Source: Adineta vaga (lineage: Eukaryota; Animalia; Rotifera). From it: DNA of 64,000 nt. A program made the position numbers and the translations under genes. The DNA lies in assembly GCA_021613535.1 (NCBI GenBank), contig CP075492.1, forward strand, positions 12,648,001 through 12,712,000. The letters are read 5' to 3'. The notes under the pieces were generated by a model, which ran no database searches, was not told where the DNA came from, and was given only the letters and a program-made list of their open reading frames with translations. Shown here in pieces: positions 36,612 through 57,607 of this stretch. Within the stretch, counting starts at the first letter, position 1; the number at the start of each line of letters is the position of its first letter.

Positions 36612-38088
36612 TTAATCATCATATTCTTCTTCTTCTTCATCTTCCATATAATCTTCTGATTCGAGTTCGGCAGCACGAAGCTTTTCATGAAGAGTTTGTT
36701 GATCATCAGTCATATCTTCAAGATGAGCTAGATTTTGAATAATATCAGCTGGTAATCGAGTATAGAGAAGTTCAAGATCAGTTGGATGAAGTTTAGCATG
36801 TAATTTCTCAATATCAGTACCACATACAGGTTCCATATTATCAACAGGTAAAGAAGGATAAAGTTGTTCTTTAGTACATGTTGATGCTGTAATACCATTA
36901 CGAGTTACAGATGTTTCTTCCTTTGATACGATCACACTTTGACGTGTTGTAAGAAGTGCACCAGGTTTTAATGTTTGTCTATTGAAATACAAGATTATTT
37001 GCATACGAAATTTAGTATTCTTAATCTTACCGGCTAACGAATTGTTTTTGTTGAACTAAACGAGTCTGTTGTGGTTGTTTTCGTTCTGTTCGATTTTCTG
37101 GTCGAAAACGTTCGATGATATATTCTAAAATAGCACCTGTATGAATTAATAATCTTTGTGGTAACACAGATAAGAATGGTTTTCGTTGAATTTTATTCAG
37201 TACATCATCATTTGTTTGTTTAATTCTAAGTAAAAACGAAACAATTAACATGCGATACCATGTTAAAAGAAATGTAATCGATTGATAAAGATAATCAGTT
37301 TGACAGCTAATAGTTGATTTTATTCGATCCCATAAAAGTGTTGTTCGTCGACCAAAATCACGACGAGGAACATGAATTGTTTCTAATTACCGGGGAAAAA
37401 AAATCTTCATTAGATATTCTTCTTCTCAATCTATACATCTTACTTCCTGGTACATGTGTTTCACAAAATGTATACACACTATCAGCGACATTGGTTGCTT
37501 TATTAACAGTTGCATTTGCTACATTTGAAACCTAGAAAAAAGATTCTTGAAAAATAAACAAACGAATTATTCTTAAAAATCAAATACTGTTTCTTTGCCA
37601 TGTTGAATTGTTGATGTTGTTGTATCCTTAACAGAATTCATTGCATTACGAACAGGTTCAGTTTTTTCATTCAATGTATCGAGCATATCTTTAGGTGTTG
37701 ATTTAATCACAGGATATTTGGCTTCAATTTGACGAATTTTTTCAACAGTAAAATCGTCAATAACACGTACTAATCCATTGGAATAAAATGAATAAAAATT
37801 CGTTAAATTCAAGAACGATGTCTTTACCTGGTCCTTGTAATGGTTTCATCAGCGGATTTACAACAGTTGTAGCAATTCTTAGAGATTTATCAGCAACTGT
37901 TTCAGCTAAACTGCATGGAAATCGAATGAAAACACTTTTATTTTTAGCTTTAACATATACATCTTGAAGTTTATTAGTTGATGAACGAACAACTAGAAGA
38001 AAAAGAAAGCATGAAATTTACAAGAAATCCGATTCATTTATTCACCTGGTATATCATGTAAACAAGAAAGTGTTTGAAATCCGAACAT
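36612..38088 (-). CDS. Perilipin/PAT-family lipid droplet protein
   Basis: PAT-like N-terminus LHDIPVVRSSTNKLQDVYVKAKNKSVFIRFPCSLAETVADKS...VIDDFTVEKIRQIEAKYPVIKSTP, followed by a Thr/Val/Ala/Lys 11-mer-like stretch and an acidic C-terminus. Confidence 0.75.
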
Positions 38089-39117
38089 TTTAAGATTGAA
38101 CAAGAAGAAATTTTCGTCTAAAAAAGTACAGATCGAATAAAAACTATACTATATGATCAGTACTACAACGTTTGTAAGAAGAAAATTCTAAAAAACAGTT
38201 CGATAGTATAGGACATGAAACTATGTCTGAACGATTCGCGTGTTTTTTTCCTCTAGGGTTTATGTACAAGATTAGATAGATACTAACCAAAAAGGAGGGA
38301 GAAAAAAGAAGAAAGGGTGACATAGAGGTGAAGAAGAACGATTATAATAGATCTATATACTGCGCAATAATATCAACCTCGATAGTGTTTTATATTCTTC
38401 GTTTGTTTCTAGATAATCGATAGACGATTTTATTTATATCAGAGAAATTCAAAAAACATTTCGATTCGAAATAATAATTCAATAGACAAAGGTTAAGATA
38501 ACGTGCACATACATCTGTTTATTTTCTTCGAAGTTCTTCATTATATTCTCTACGAGAAAAAAAATTGACCTTCAAATTCCATATAAACTACAAACATATC
38601 TGTGAAGTTCTTATTTACTGCTTTCAACTTTCACGTATACACTTCCAATTTTGTTTCATGATATAAAAGTTCTTCTATCATATTAGTTACAACGAATACT
38701 CAACATGACGCTAATATTACTATTGAGATTACATTACAAAATCTGCTTGATAATATGGATAAATCATTTTTCTTTTCATATCCATGAGAATCAAAATCGA
38801 TGTTTATTTCTTAAAGGTTCATATAAAAATTACGTATTGTAAGGAGAAAAATACCCGAAAATCTCTAGTTTACTACCAGATACAACATGCGAAAAGGAAA
38901 TTGCTTTGCATAAGGTTTTTTTGTTTTGTTTTCTTCTTGTTATGTTCTGTAGAAATCAACAAATGCACAACAAAAAAGAATAGAAAATGTAGGAAATAAG
39001 AGTAAAGAAAAAGATGCATTCCATGCCTAATGAAATTTGCACACAAAAGACTAGATATGAAAAAGAAAAAGATTTTATTGAAATCGAAAGAGCAATGTTA
39101 AAGATAAAATCATTGTT

Positions 39118-40689
39118 TTAAGATTTCTTTGGTTTAATTGGTGCTTTGTTTGTTACTCTAGAATATCGATACGATTAAAAACAAATCTCATTACAATTAG
39201 AAAAGAATATCTTACTTAGCTAAAACTTGATTGATTTGATCGAGAATTTGTTTAGCAAAATTATCGATGGGTACCTTAAAAAGCAAATCAATTCGATCAT
39301 GATAAACACGTTTAATCATTGACTTACTTGATATACTTGATAAATTTTTGGTACTGTAAATAAGAAGACTAATCCAACAAGTGTAAATGTTAATGTATTC
39401 ATTGATAAACCAATATAAAAGGAAGCAAAAAGAATCAAACCAAACTAATGAAAGAGAAAAAATAAATGGAAATTATGAGAAAAGAAAGATGCTTTTGTAA
39501 ATAATTTACAAGAATTGAATTTGTCAAATTATTCCATAAGAAGAGGCTTCGTGCTTGTCGTATAATACTAGTTCCATTCGTACGAACATAACTAGCTAAA
39601 GCTTGAGCTTGACGTTCAGAAATATGCATATCAGATGTAAACAATGAACTAAACAATTGAAATGTAAATTGATAAAGAGAATTTAGCTAGTTCGTTACTC
39701 GAAAATATCATCTTGAACTCGACCAACGAATGTTGCCATGACATAATTGTATAATTTATAAAGACCAACAACAACAAGAAGTGCAAGTAACCAAAATGAG
39801 ATAGCCGCCAATGATGATAAGAACATGAATGTTACAATTATTGATAACAAAACACCAAAGACAATGCCCGAATGAATGGGATTTTGCCAATAGATAAGAT
39901 TACTTGCTAGAAATAGTCATTGTTAGAAAAGTACGGCAAAAAGAAAAACGCAAAAGTTTTACCTTGTTTTGGTGTCATTTCTTTCATTCGTTTTTGTAAA
40001 TGAATCACTGACTGACGAGTTTGATTCCCTAAAATTGTGGGAAAATATTGATCAATTAATGCTTTATTTATCGGAAATACAAAAGACAAATCAGATCTCG
40101 TGAGTTCTTATCCAATCTTTAGTTGTTTTTTCTTCTTTTCCTTCCGTTGATGTACTCATATCTTGTACACATCCCGGATTATCTGTGGTTTTTCTCTTGC
40201 TTATTACTCGGCATTTTTACAAAACGATCGTCTCCATCTTTTTTTCTCTTGCTCTCTTGTCCTTCATTGTACTTTCCCTATGAGCAATAATATCTGCTGA
40301 TAATAAAGAAATTATCACATAGAAATATAAGTTATAGAGCACGCATTTATTTGTCACTTCACATCGTTCTTTCGGAAGAAAACGTGTTGTGGAACTCGTC
40401 AGATCTGTGATTAGATATTTTTTTACTTACATTGTTGTTGAAAAAGTCTTTTAGACTTGGTAATAATATCTTCAGCATGTTGTTGACCTTTTTTTAATTC
40501 AGCTGTAGCCTTGTGACCAACTGTTTCGCTCGTTGAGCCATTGAGTGATGATGGTGGATTATAATTTGGATTTGTTGAATTCACTGTTGGTGTTTCATTG
40601 AGATCATAAGATCGTGATGGATGATCAACAGCGGATGTTTTTGTCCATCCACCTGTTGTTGAATCAATATCGTAACTCTGAGATTCCAT
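39118..40689 (-). CDS. RTN: Reticulon-family ER-shaping protein
   Basis: Reticulon homology domain: LIYWQNPIHSGIVFG...LYKLYNYV...ARSLFLWNNLTNSILFGLILFASFYIG...LFTVPKIYQVYQVPID. Confidence 0.85.
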
Positions 40690-41651
40690 TAGAACAAATA
40701 GATTCGATCAAAATTAAGTTCAATCTAGAAAAAGTTTTAATAATATTTTAGTGAATTGAATTCAACTCGACGAAATTTCGAAACTAAAGGAAAAAGTAAA
40801 CTGATTCTAATCAGAATAAACGACCATATTTTATTCCGGCGGACGGAATCTTTTCTTACCTCTCTTTCTTGATTTTCTCTCTCCCTCTCTCTCCCTCTCT
40901 TTCATATGTGCGTCTTGTTCGCCAAGCGACATGTCGATGTTTTTACTATTAGCTAGTACCAGACGAAGCGTACATATATAGATTAGATGAAAAAGAAGAA
41001 GAAGAAGAAGAAGAAGTACTGGAACAGAAGAATAACAGATACAGAAAGAAAAAGAAGAAAAAGAAAAGTCTATTAGTTATTTTCTCGTTTATGTCCAGTT
41101 TTATGTATAATAGTCATGAATTATACATTATGAATACAACGACAAAATCGATTACGCAAAACTAGAAGAAGAGACTACTAATTAATTGTCGATAAATAGC
41201 TATCCAAATTGTCAAATGATTGAGTAATTTTTAAAATTTGTTCAATTTATACTTCGAAAATGTTTGTTTTTTGCCACGTCGTCTCACCAATAGATTTGGA
41301 AATCGTGGTGTTACGTTCGAGTGACTAATTGATCTTTGTACTTTGACTCATAGATTTCAAAGAACTATTTTTAAGATAAGAAAAGAAAAGAAATACGTCA
41401 ATTGAGTTATCACAGTTCAGCAGTCAACACTAAGAAGAAAACGTGCGTACGTCCTTGTCGAACTCTCAATGACTAATTTACATATAAAATCGTCAACCAA
41501 TGGAAAATCTAACGATAGAGTCCGATCTTCAGTTTGTAACTTGATAATTAAAGTATCTGTCATCAATATCATTCTAGAAAGATAATTCAATTTGTACTAA
41601 TTAAAAAATAATACAAAACAAAATCTTCGATTAATTCATTCATATATGGAT

Positions 41652-41664
41652 ATTGCTTAGCAAC
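41652..41664. promoter_or_regulatory. Candidate RFX X-box
   Basis: ATTGCTTAGCAAC fits RYYNYY-N-RRNRAC, is near-palindromic and lies about 80 nt upstream of ATG 41746. Confidence 0.5.
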
Positions 41665-41745
41665 TATCATATGCAAAATGTCTATGATGTTTTCTTGACA
41701 AACATGATTACATACATATAGTTGAGAAAGTTGACTAATTGTACT

Positions 41746-42717
41746 ATGACTACAGGTTTATCTTCTGAATCTGCTAATTGGATTCTCCCATCGCATCCAA
41801 GTACATTTACATCAACAATACCAAATTATGAAGAAGCACCACCATTTCGTGTTAATCGTGAAGGTGTGAAAAATTATATGAAAAATCGTGGAAGTTTAAA
41901 TATTGGCGATTGGGCTATTGAAGGTCGACGAATGTCAACAACAACAACAAACGCATTACCAAACGATCAAGAGTCCATTTTACTTCAACCGAAAGTTTTA
42001 GGACCTGATGCTCTACGAAATTATACGAAAAGTCGTTCATCAACACCAAATCTTATCTATGGAGATCTTCAACCACCTAATTCTCATCAAGGTATGCGTG
42101 TGAAACGAGAAGGTCGTGCTAATTATGAAAAAAGTCATCATTCACAAACAAAAACTTTGTTTGAAAATTACGGTAAATTACCATTGCCAACACCAAAAGG
42201 ACCTCATACACAAGGCGAAGTAAAGATTTTCTTTTATACAAAGAAAAATATTCCAATTCTTTCCAAATTTGTTTTCTAGTTAGCAACAAATCTATTTTAT
42301 GACCATCAAGAAGGTCAAATGGGTCCAATATTAAATAATTACGGTCGTTCAGCATCGACACCAAGACCAAACCCTCATGTCAAAGGTCTTGCTGCTGAAA
42401 GCAATCTTCTAAAAGGAAAAGGAGATTGTCATTTACTCGAACATGGATATGATCGTTATGTACCTACACCTGAACCTCATCTCAAAGGAACTCAAGCTCA
42501 TATGAATTATGAAATGGGTCAAGGTCAACATGTCAACGAACTTTTTCATCAATATGGTAAATTACAACGATCAGCTCGAACAGCACCAAAAGTAAAATAT
42601 GGTGGTGTAGATAATTTACTTAAGGGTCAAGGTGATGCAATGAAAAAAACTCTTTCTCAATGTCCACCAACACATCGTCGTGTCGAACGTCCACTTACTG
42701 CAACATTATGGTCATAA
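41746..42717 (+). CDS. Uncharacterised protein with about 7 internal repeats (P-[KRH]-V-K...N-[YL]-x-K-x-x-G...L-x-x-Y-G)
   Basis: Two exons (intron 42220-42278). The repeats are visible in translation, mostly spaced about 35-40 aa apart. Confidence 0.75.
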
Positions 42718-42851
42718 ACAGATATTTGTTTTTCATATTATTGATGTTATTATTGTCATTTTGTTTTTTTTTGAAAGAAACGGATAGATAGATAAATTCA
42801 TCTATTCGATCGATAAGATTGTAATTTATCTCTTCTTCTTGCTTTGTAGAC

Positions 42852-45657
42852 ATGCCAAAACAAGAACGTTTTAATCGTTATACACCAGAAAATCCTCTTC
42901 CGGACGATGTGACAAATATGTCTCGACAAGAAACTATTTGCAAATTTTGTGGTGTTTCATATCTAGTTCATAATGAAATAAAAGCACTCGAAAATAAATG
43001 TGCAAAACTTGAAAATCAATTAGCTTCTTATACGAAAAATCCATCTCAACATGATCCAACACGTTTAGCCGATCTTGAATCGACCAATGCTCTAAATACT
43101 CATAAGTAGATTATGAAATTCAAATTGATATTCAATTTCATGTTTAATTCTTCTATAGATTGAATGAAATGAATCGAAAACTTGTTTTGCTACAAGATCA
43201 ATTAGATCAATCTGAAAATTCTCATAAGAAAACAAAGTAGAAATATGTTTGTTATTGTTTAATAATATTATTTCATTCAGATCTCATATTGTAACATATT
43301 CATCAAGTTTACATATGGCACATAATCAAATAAAAAGTCTTCGAAAAGAATATGCACTCGCACAAGATTCCTACTCAAAAGATATTCAAAATTGGAAGAC
43401 ACATCTACAAACAACAGAAAATACATTACAAAATCGTACGTGAAAATCATCATTCAATTTAATATTGAATTGCATATATTATAGACATGAAGAATGTCAT
43501 GAGTAACTATGAAAAACAAATTCATCATTATCAAAAAGAAAACGAACAATATCAACAACAACAATTGAGGTACATTTCTGATGAATATTACCTATCTATC
43601 GAATATCTATTGTAGTGAAGCCAAACATTCTCAATCTCATTCCGTGTATGAATATGAATTGTACTGGTTTCGAATGATATCTATTTGATTTAGAATACAA
43701 ATTCAACTCGATTCAGCTCGAAAAGAACTTCAGATTCATCAAAATGAATTATCCCGTTTACACGAACAAATATCTCAACAGGAACAAAATCGACTACAAT
43801 TACAAAATGAATTTGAACATGTAAAACAATATTCAGAAGAATTAGAACGACAACTATCTGATAAAGATCAAGAAGCGAAGATGGAAAAAGAACTTCGATT
43901 AAGTAATCTAAATATGATCTTTCTTCTCTTATAAATCGATGTTTTTTTTTTGTTTAAGAAAGTGATAGCGAATTGGACGAACTTCGTTCAAGATTTCGAC
44001 AATTAACCAATGATTATGAACAATTAAATGCAATGAAAACAGAATTTCAAACGAATGAAGTTCAAACTCGACGAAAAATCGATGAAATGAATCGATCACG
44101 ACAAGCCGTTCTTGATCGTACACGTGATGAATATGAAAAACTCCTTCGAAAATATACTGATCTTGATGAAACCTACCGTGAACTTATTGGTTTGAAAGAT
44201 AAAGATACTTGTAAGAATTGAAAAAAAAACAAAGAATTTTCCTCATAAAAAAATATTCTTTTCGTCTTTATATAGTAGAATCGAAAAGAATTCGTTCGGA
44301 TTTACAACGTTTACAAAATGAAAATATCGAATTAGCAAAACAACGAGAAACATTATATATTACTCATGATATTCAAATGAAAAAGCTTCATGATAGTTAT
44401 GCAACAAAATTACGTGAAGCAGAACAATGGCCGGATCGTCTTCAATCAGAATTAAAACATGAACGTGAACAACATCGAACACAAATCAATGATCTCGAAC
44501 GACGCCTTAAGGAAAGTCTCGTTACTGTAAGTCTCATCATTGATTATTTATCTCGACTGGCAGCTTTGTTTTTAGGAATTGAATATTGAAAAACAGAAAT
44601 ACAATGGTCTATTGCGTAAATATGAACAAGAATGTGGCTCATCAGCTGAACAATTACGACAAGAATTGATATCAACGGAAAAAGTAACGATTGAACAACG
44701 ACGTTATTATACGAATCAAATTGATCAACTTGAAAAAGAGAAAGACGATTTAAAAAAAGAATTAAATTCTCTTCGAGATGTTCTCAAAGATTTACATGAT
44801 CAACTGAGTAGGTTTGAAATTGTATCTCACAAAAACATACGTTCGTTTTATTTTAGAAAAACAAGAATCAATGAATAAAGATCAAATAAATCAGTTAAAA
44901 TTAAAAGAAGATTTAGCAGAAAAAGAAACAAGTCTATTTCATGCACAATCAACAATTCATGAACTAAAAAAAGATTTAACTGAAGCACGAGAAGAAGTAT
45001 TAAGATTTCTCTAGAATTAATCCGTGTTGAACTATGCTTTACATAACATGTGTGTTCGCAAGTTGTTTCTTTTTCATATTCGTATACATCATCAATACTA
45101 GTCGAATTTCACACATAATCTATTCTCATCGTAGGTCATCACATTACAAGAAACGGTTCATCGAGAGTGTACAGAACGTGAACAACTAAAAGATGCATTG
45201 ATTGATGCACGACAACAATTATTAAAATTGAAAAAGAATGGTTCGATAGATGAAATAATGTATCTTGTCAAAATTGATCTTCGTTTTTTTTCCAATAGGT
45301 ATTCTTAATAATACAGCATCACGATCATTACATTCTCCACCGATAGCATTTGAAGAAATTGAAAAACGTGTTACTGCACCTCTTTCATATCATCAAAATG
45401 ATCGTCCACCTTTTACTCAATCGGAACCAACTGCATACAATCATAGTATTCCAGATGATGCAGCTATTGCTGCTGATTTATCTGCTAGACCAATGTCTTC
45501 TTCTCAAAATATCCAAAATCGTTATAAAGCTCTTCCACCTATTCAATCTCAACGACAAAAACAACGTCGAAATCAATATATGCTTTCATCAAATAAAACC
45601 GAACAATTACTTCAAAATCAACGACGTATTGTTCGATTTATAAAACATATGAAATAA
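42852..45657 (+). CDS. LEKR1: LEKR1-like coiled-coil protein
   Basis: N-terminal PLPDDVTNMSRQETICKFCGVSYLVHNE and C-terminal LQETVHRECTERE match remembered LEKR1 motifs; long heptad-rich middle region; many short introns. Confidence 0.8.
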
Positions 45658-45966
45658 GATTTTCTTTGTACAAATATAATTGTTTATAGTTATGATCTTT
45701 GCTTTGTTTCTGTAATTCAATAAGATATATATTTTGCATTTGAATAGTCTTCCGATCGAGAACGCATTTTTCAAACTAATTCTCCTTTTCTCCTCCACTA
45801 TAGATGTCTGTCATCTATATAATATATTGAATAATACTAAGTTCTTATTGGTTGAATACAGTCCCATAGCATTTGTGTTTTGTAAACATTTATAACGTTT
45901 ATTTACGAGATAATATTTGTTCAAGATTTCTACCTTTTCTTTTGATTAAAGAGATCTGTCCGAGTG

Positions 45967-46419
45967 ATGGCACGATACAATGTTCATGATAGTCAACAAT
46001 TGGCTATATTTGGCCCATTTTTTGCTACAATGTTATTAACATTCATCGTTTGGGTATACATGTACATTCGACGTATTTATTTTATTCAAACAACGAAAAT
46101 CAATCCACAACTATTTACACGTCCCGGTGAATTCATACGATTATCGCCTCCTGGTGTCAATAATCCATCTGATAATTTAAAGAATCTTTTTGAAGTTCCT
46201 ATTCTATTCTATGCTCTTTCACTCTATCTATTTGTCACTGATCAAGTTGATACAATGTACATCATTGCTGGATGGTTATTCTTTGTATTTCGAGTCTTAC
46301 ATAGTTTTGTTCATTGTACAATCAATATCATCATAGTTCGATTCTATCTCTACCTATTTTCTTGTATTGCATTATTTTTCATGTTATTTCGTGCCATGTC
46401 AACACATTTCTTTTCATAA
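45967..46419 (+). CDS. MAPEG-family membrane protein, bacterial type, intronless
   Basis: IFGPFFATMLLTFIVWVYMYIRRI...SPPGVNNPSDNLKNLFEVPILFYAL...AGWLFFVFRVLHSFVHCTINIIIVRF; four TM helices. Confidence 0.85.
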   Translation: MARYNVHDSQQLAIFGPFFATMLLTFIVWVYMYIRRIYFIQTTKINPQLFTRPGEFIRLSPPGVNNPSDNLKNLFEVPILFYALSLYLFVTDQVDTMYIIAGWLFFVFRVLHSFVHCTINIIIVRFYLYLFSCIALFFMLFRAMSTHFFS

Positions 46420-46935
46420 TACTTCATATCAATAAAATTTTCCATTTTCAGACGATTTCTATTCCATCTATAGAAATGTACTGCGATTAACTATTTAATC
46501 GTCTGAATTGTATACTTTAAATATGACATTCACTGTTGATTTTATTTTTCTTTATGTATATATTTTCTGATATAAAAATTAAATAATTCTTTTTCTTAAC
46601 GGCTCGGTAATATTTGGAGAAAAAAAAGACCGTGCCGATTAAGATAATAACATGCACAAAGATAATCATCATAATATCGAAATCAAAAGAAGGAAAGTCA
46701 GTTTGAGAACCGGAAATGATAAAACACACACACACACACGTATATAGGAAGGAGAATCAAGTCCAAAATTTGATCAAACCAGTAAGAAGAAAATGCACAT
46801 CATTTTTCAAAAGTATTTCATTTTGTTTTTCACAATAAACTGAAAGAAATCTGACAAATTAATAATAAGTATTGCCAAATAAATATCAATAAATATATAT
46901 ATATATACATGGAATGTATATTAGATTTCACATGT

Positions 46936-55856
<8,921 letters not shown>

Positions 55857-56102
55857 CGTTGTTAAGAAGGAGATATCTTGCTTTTCAATGCGCACAACGC
55901 GCAGAAAATTCAAGAAAACAAAGCAAGCAAACGAATGTTTATCACAGATCTAAAAACTAGAAGTGAACTTTGATTTTCTTATTGGTCACAATACTGTCAG
56001 ATAGATTTTCTTTCTTTTCTTTTCTTTCACGGATAAAATTAAAATAAATGAGACAAAAAAAACAAACGAAAAGATAGATATTATTCATAATCAGGAATGT
56101 TT

Positions 56103-56570
56103 TTAACGTTTTTTGCCTTTGCCACCACCTTGTTGACTTTGTTGTTGTTGTTGTTGTTGATTGCCTGTACGTGTTTTTAATTTTGGTATCATTTCTACAA
56201 GATAAAATAAAACATCATCTTTTGTTTTAAATTGATCTTTAATTAATGTATTATCAGCATTCTTTAATTGCACACGAACACGACCACGTTGTTGAGGTTC
56301 ACGAGATTCTTCTCGACAATATAAACGATTCGGTTCCGTCACAATTGTTAAACCAGCATTTTCTAAAATATCACGAATTTCATTCACCGTTGGATTATCT
56401 ATTGCTTTTGCTTTGCCAACACGACGTCCTTGTGCACGTGTCTTTTTCGAATTGATATATGCTGGATAGATGCAAACAAAACGACATTGATCAGCATGTG
56501 TTGCTGAATTGGGAAAAAATGGTTGTGGATTACGTTCACGTTGTGTTATTGATGAATAACTAGCTGCCAT
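56103..56570 (-). CDS. SRP19: Signal recognition particle 19 kDa protein
   Basis: RFVCIYPAYINSKKTRAQGRRV...NPTVNEI...YCRE...RGRVRVQLKN...IPKLKTR and a GKGKKR tail. Confidence 0.95.
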   Translation of the reverse strand: MAASYSSITQRERNPQPFFPNSATHADQCRFVCIYPAYINSKKTRAQGRRVGKAKAIDNPTVNEIRDILENAGLTIVTEPNRLYCREESREPQQRGRVRVQLKNADNTLIKDQFKTKDDVLFYLVEMIPKLKTRTGNQQQQQQQSQQGGGKGKKR

Positions 56571-57012
56571 CTGAAATCAAAGAAAAAAAAGATTTTCATT
56601 ATCATCAATTCAAGATACAACATATATTTTCAAAAGAAATTAGATGAATCATTCACATGTTATAAAGTAGAAAAAAACAAACAAACCAACCGGAGAATAA
56701 GAAAAGAAAACAAAACAAAGTATTTGATGAATCATTCTCAACTAATTTTTCTAAATACATATGTATACAAATGTACAAGGGAGATTCTGGAATGAAATAA
56801 CTAAAAAGTTCTTTCAATATGAAGATAAATACACACACACATATATAGAAGAGAAAAAATAATAGTAGTGATAGTACGAGGTGTATGTGAAATTTTTATG
56901 TATAAAATAAACAAACAAAAAAAGACATCTTCTTTTATCACAGACTAACACAGACACACATGTGCTCATTAAAATTAATTTATATTTAGGAAATATACGG
57001 TTCGTTGAATCG

Positions 57013-57607
57013 CTATCGAACGTCTTCGGTTGTAGTTAGTCTTGTGATTAGAAGAAGAAATAATATTAAAGATAATGTTTGAGTTAACGTAGATGATGAA
57101 TTGTCCGATTTCATATCTTTATATTGTACTGGTTGTTGTCCTATATAAAACAAAGGAATCCTTTTTCTTTGTCTTTTTTTTATTAAATAAAAGTCTTCAT
57201 TTCTTACGTAAGATTCGATATGAATTGACTACATGATCATCACCTTGACTACATGAATAATCAATTGTATTCAGTGTATCATTAAGAATTGTATGATCAA
57301 TATGAATGATAATCAATGTGGAATTACAAACAGTAATATGAATAAATTTTTCTTTATTTATTCGACATTGATTGACTCTATTATCGACCATAAGAAGAAT
57401 TCCAGATGGTTTAACATTATCTGTTTTAACTGATAAATAGATGTTTTCATAGATCGATGGTGTCTTTATCTGACAACGAACTTCAATATTTTCAGTTAAA
57501 AAACCATGTTCAGGATGTACGTATAATTGAATCGAAGGATCTTCATTGTTTGAAACAGTTAATTTAATAAAAGTGCATAAAAGACAGACTAAAATAGAAT
57601 GCGTCAT
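57013..57607 (-). CDS. Small secreted/surface protein, possibly Ig-like fold with a GPI-signal-like hydrophobic C-terminus
   Basis: Signal peptide MTHSILVCLLCTFIKLTVS; IEVRCQI...IDYSCS; exon 2 (57140-57013) ends SDNSSSTLTQTLSLILFLLLITRLTTTEDVR*. Confidence 0.6.

Noticed and set aside
40091-40159. Short minus-strand ORF MSTSTEGKEEKTTKDW inside the reticulon intron, as a possible alternative first exon
   Set aside because: No GT donor found that joins it in frame to the next exon.
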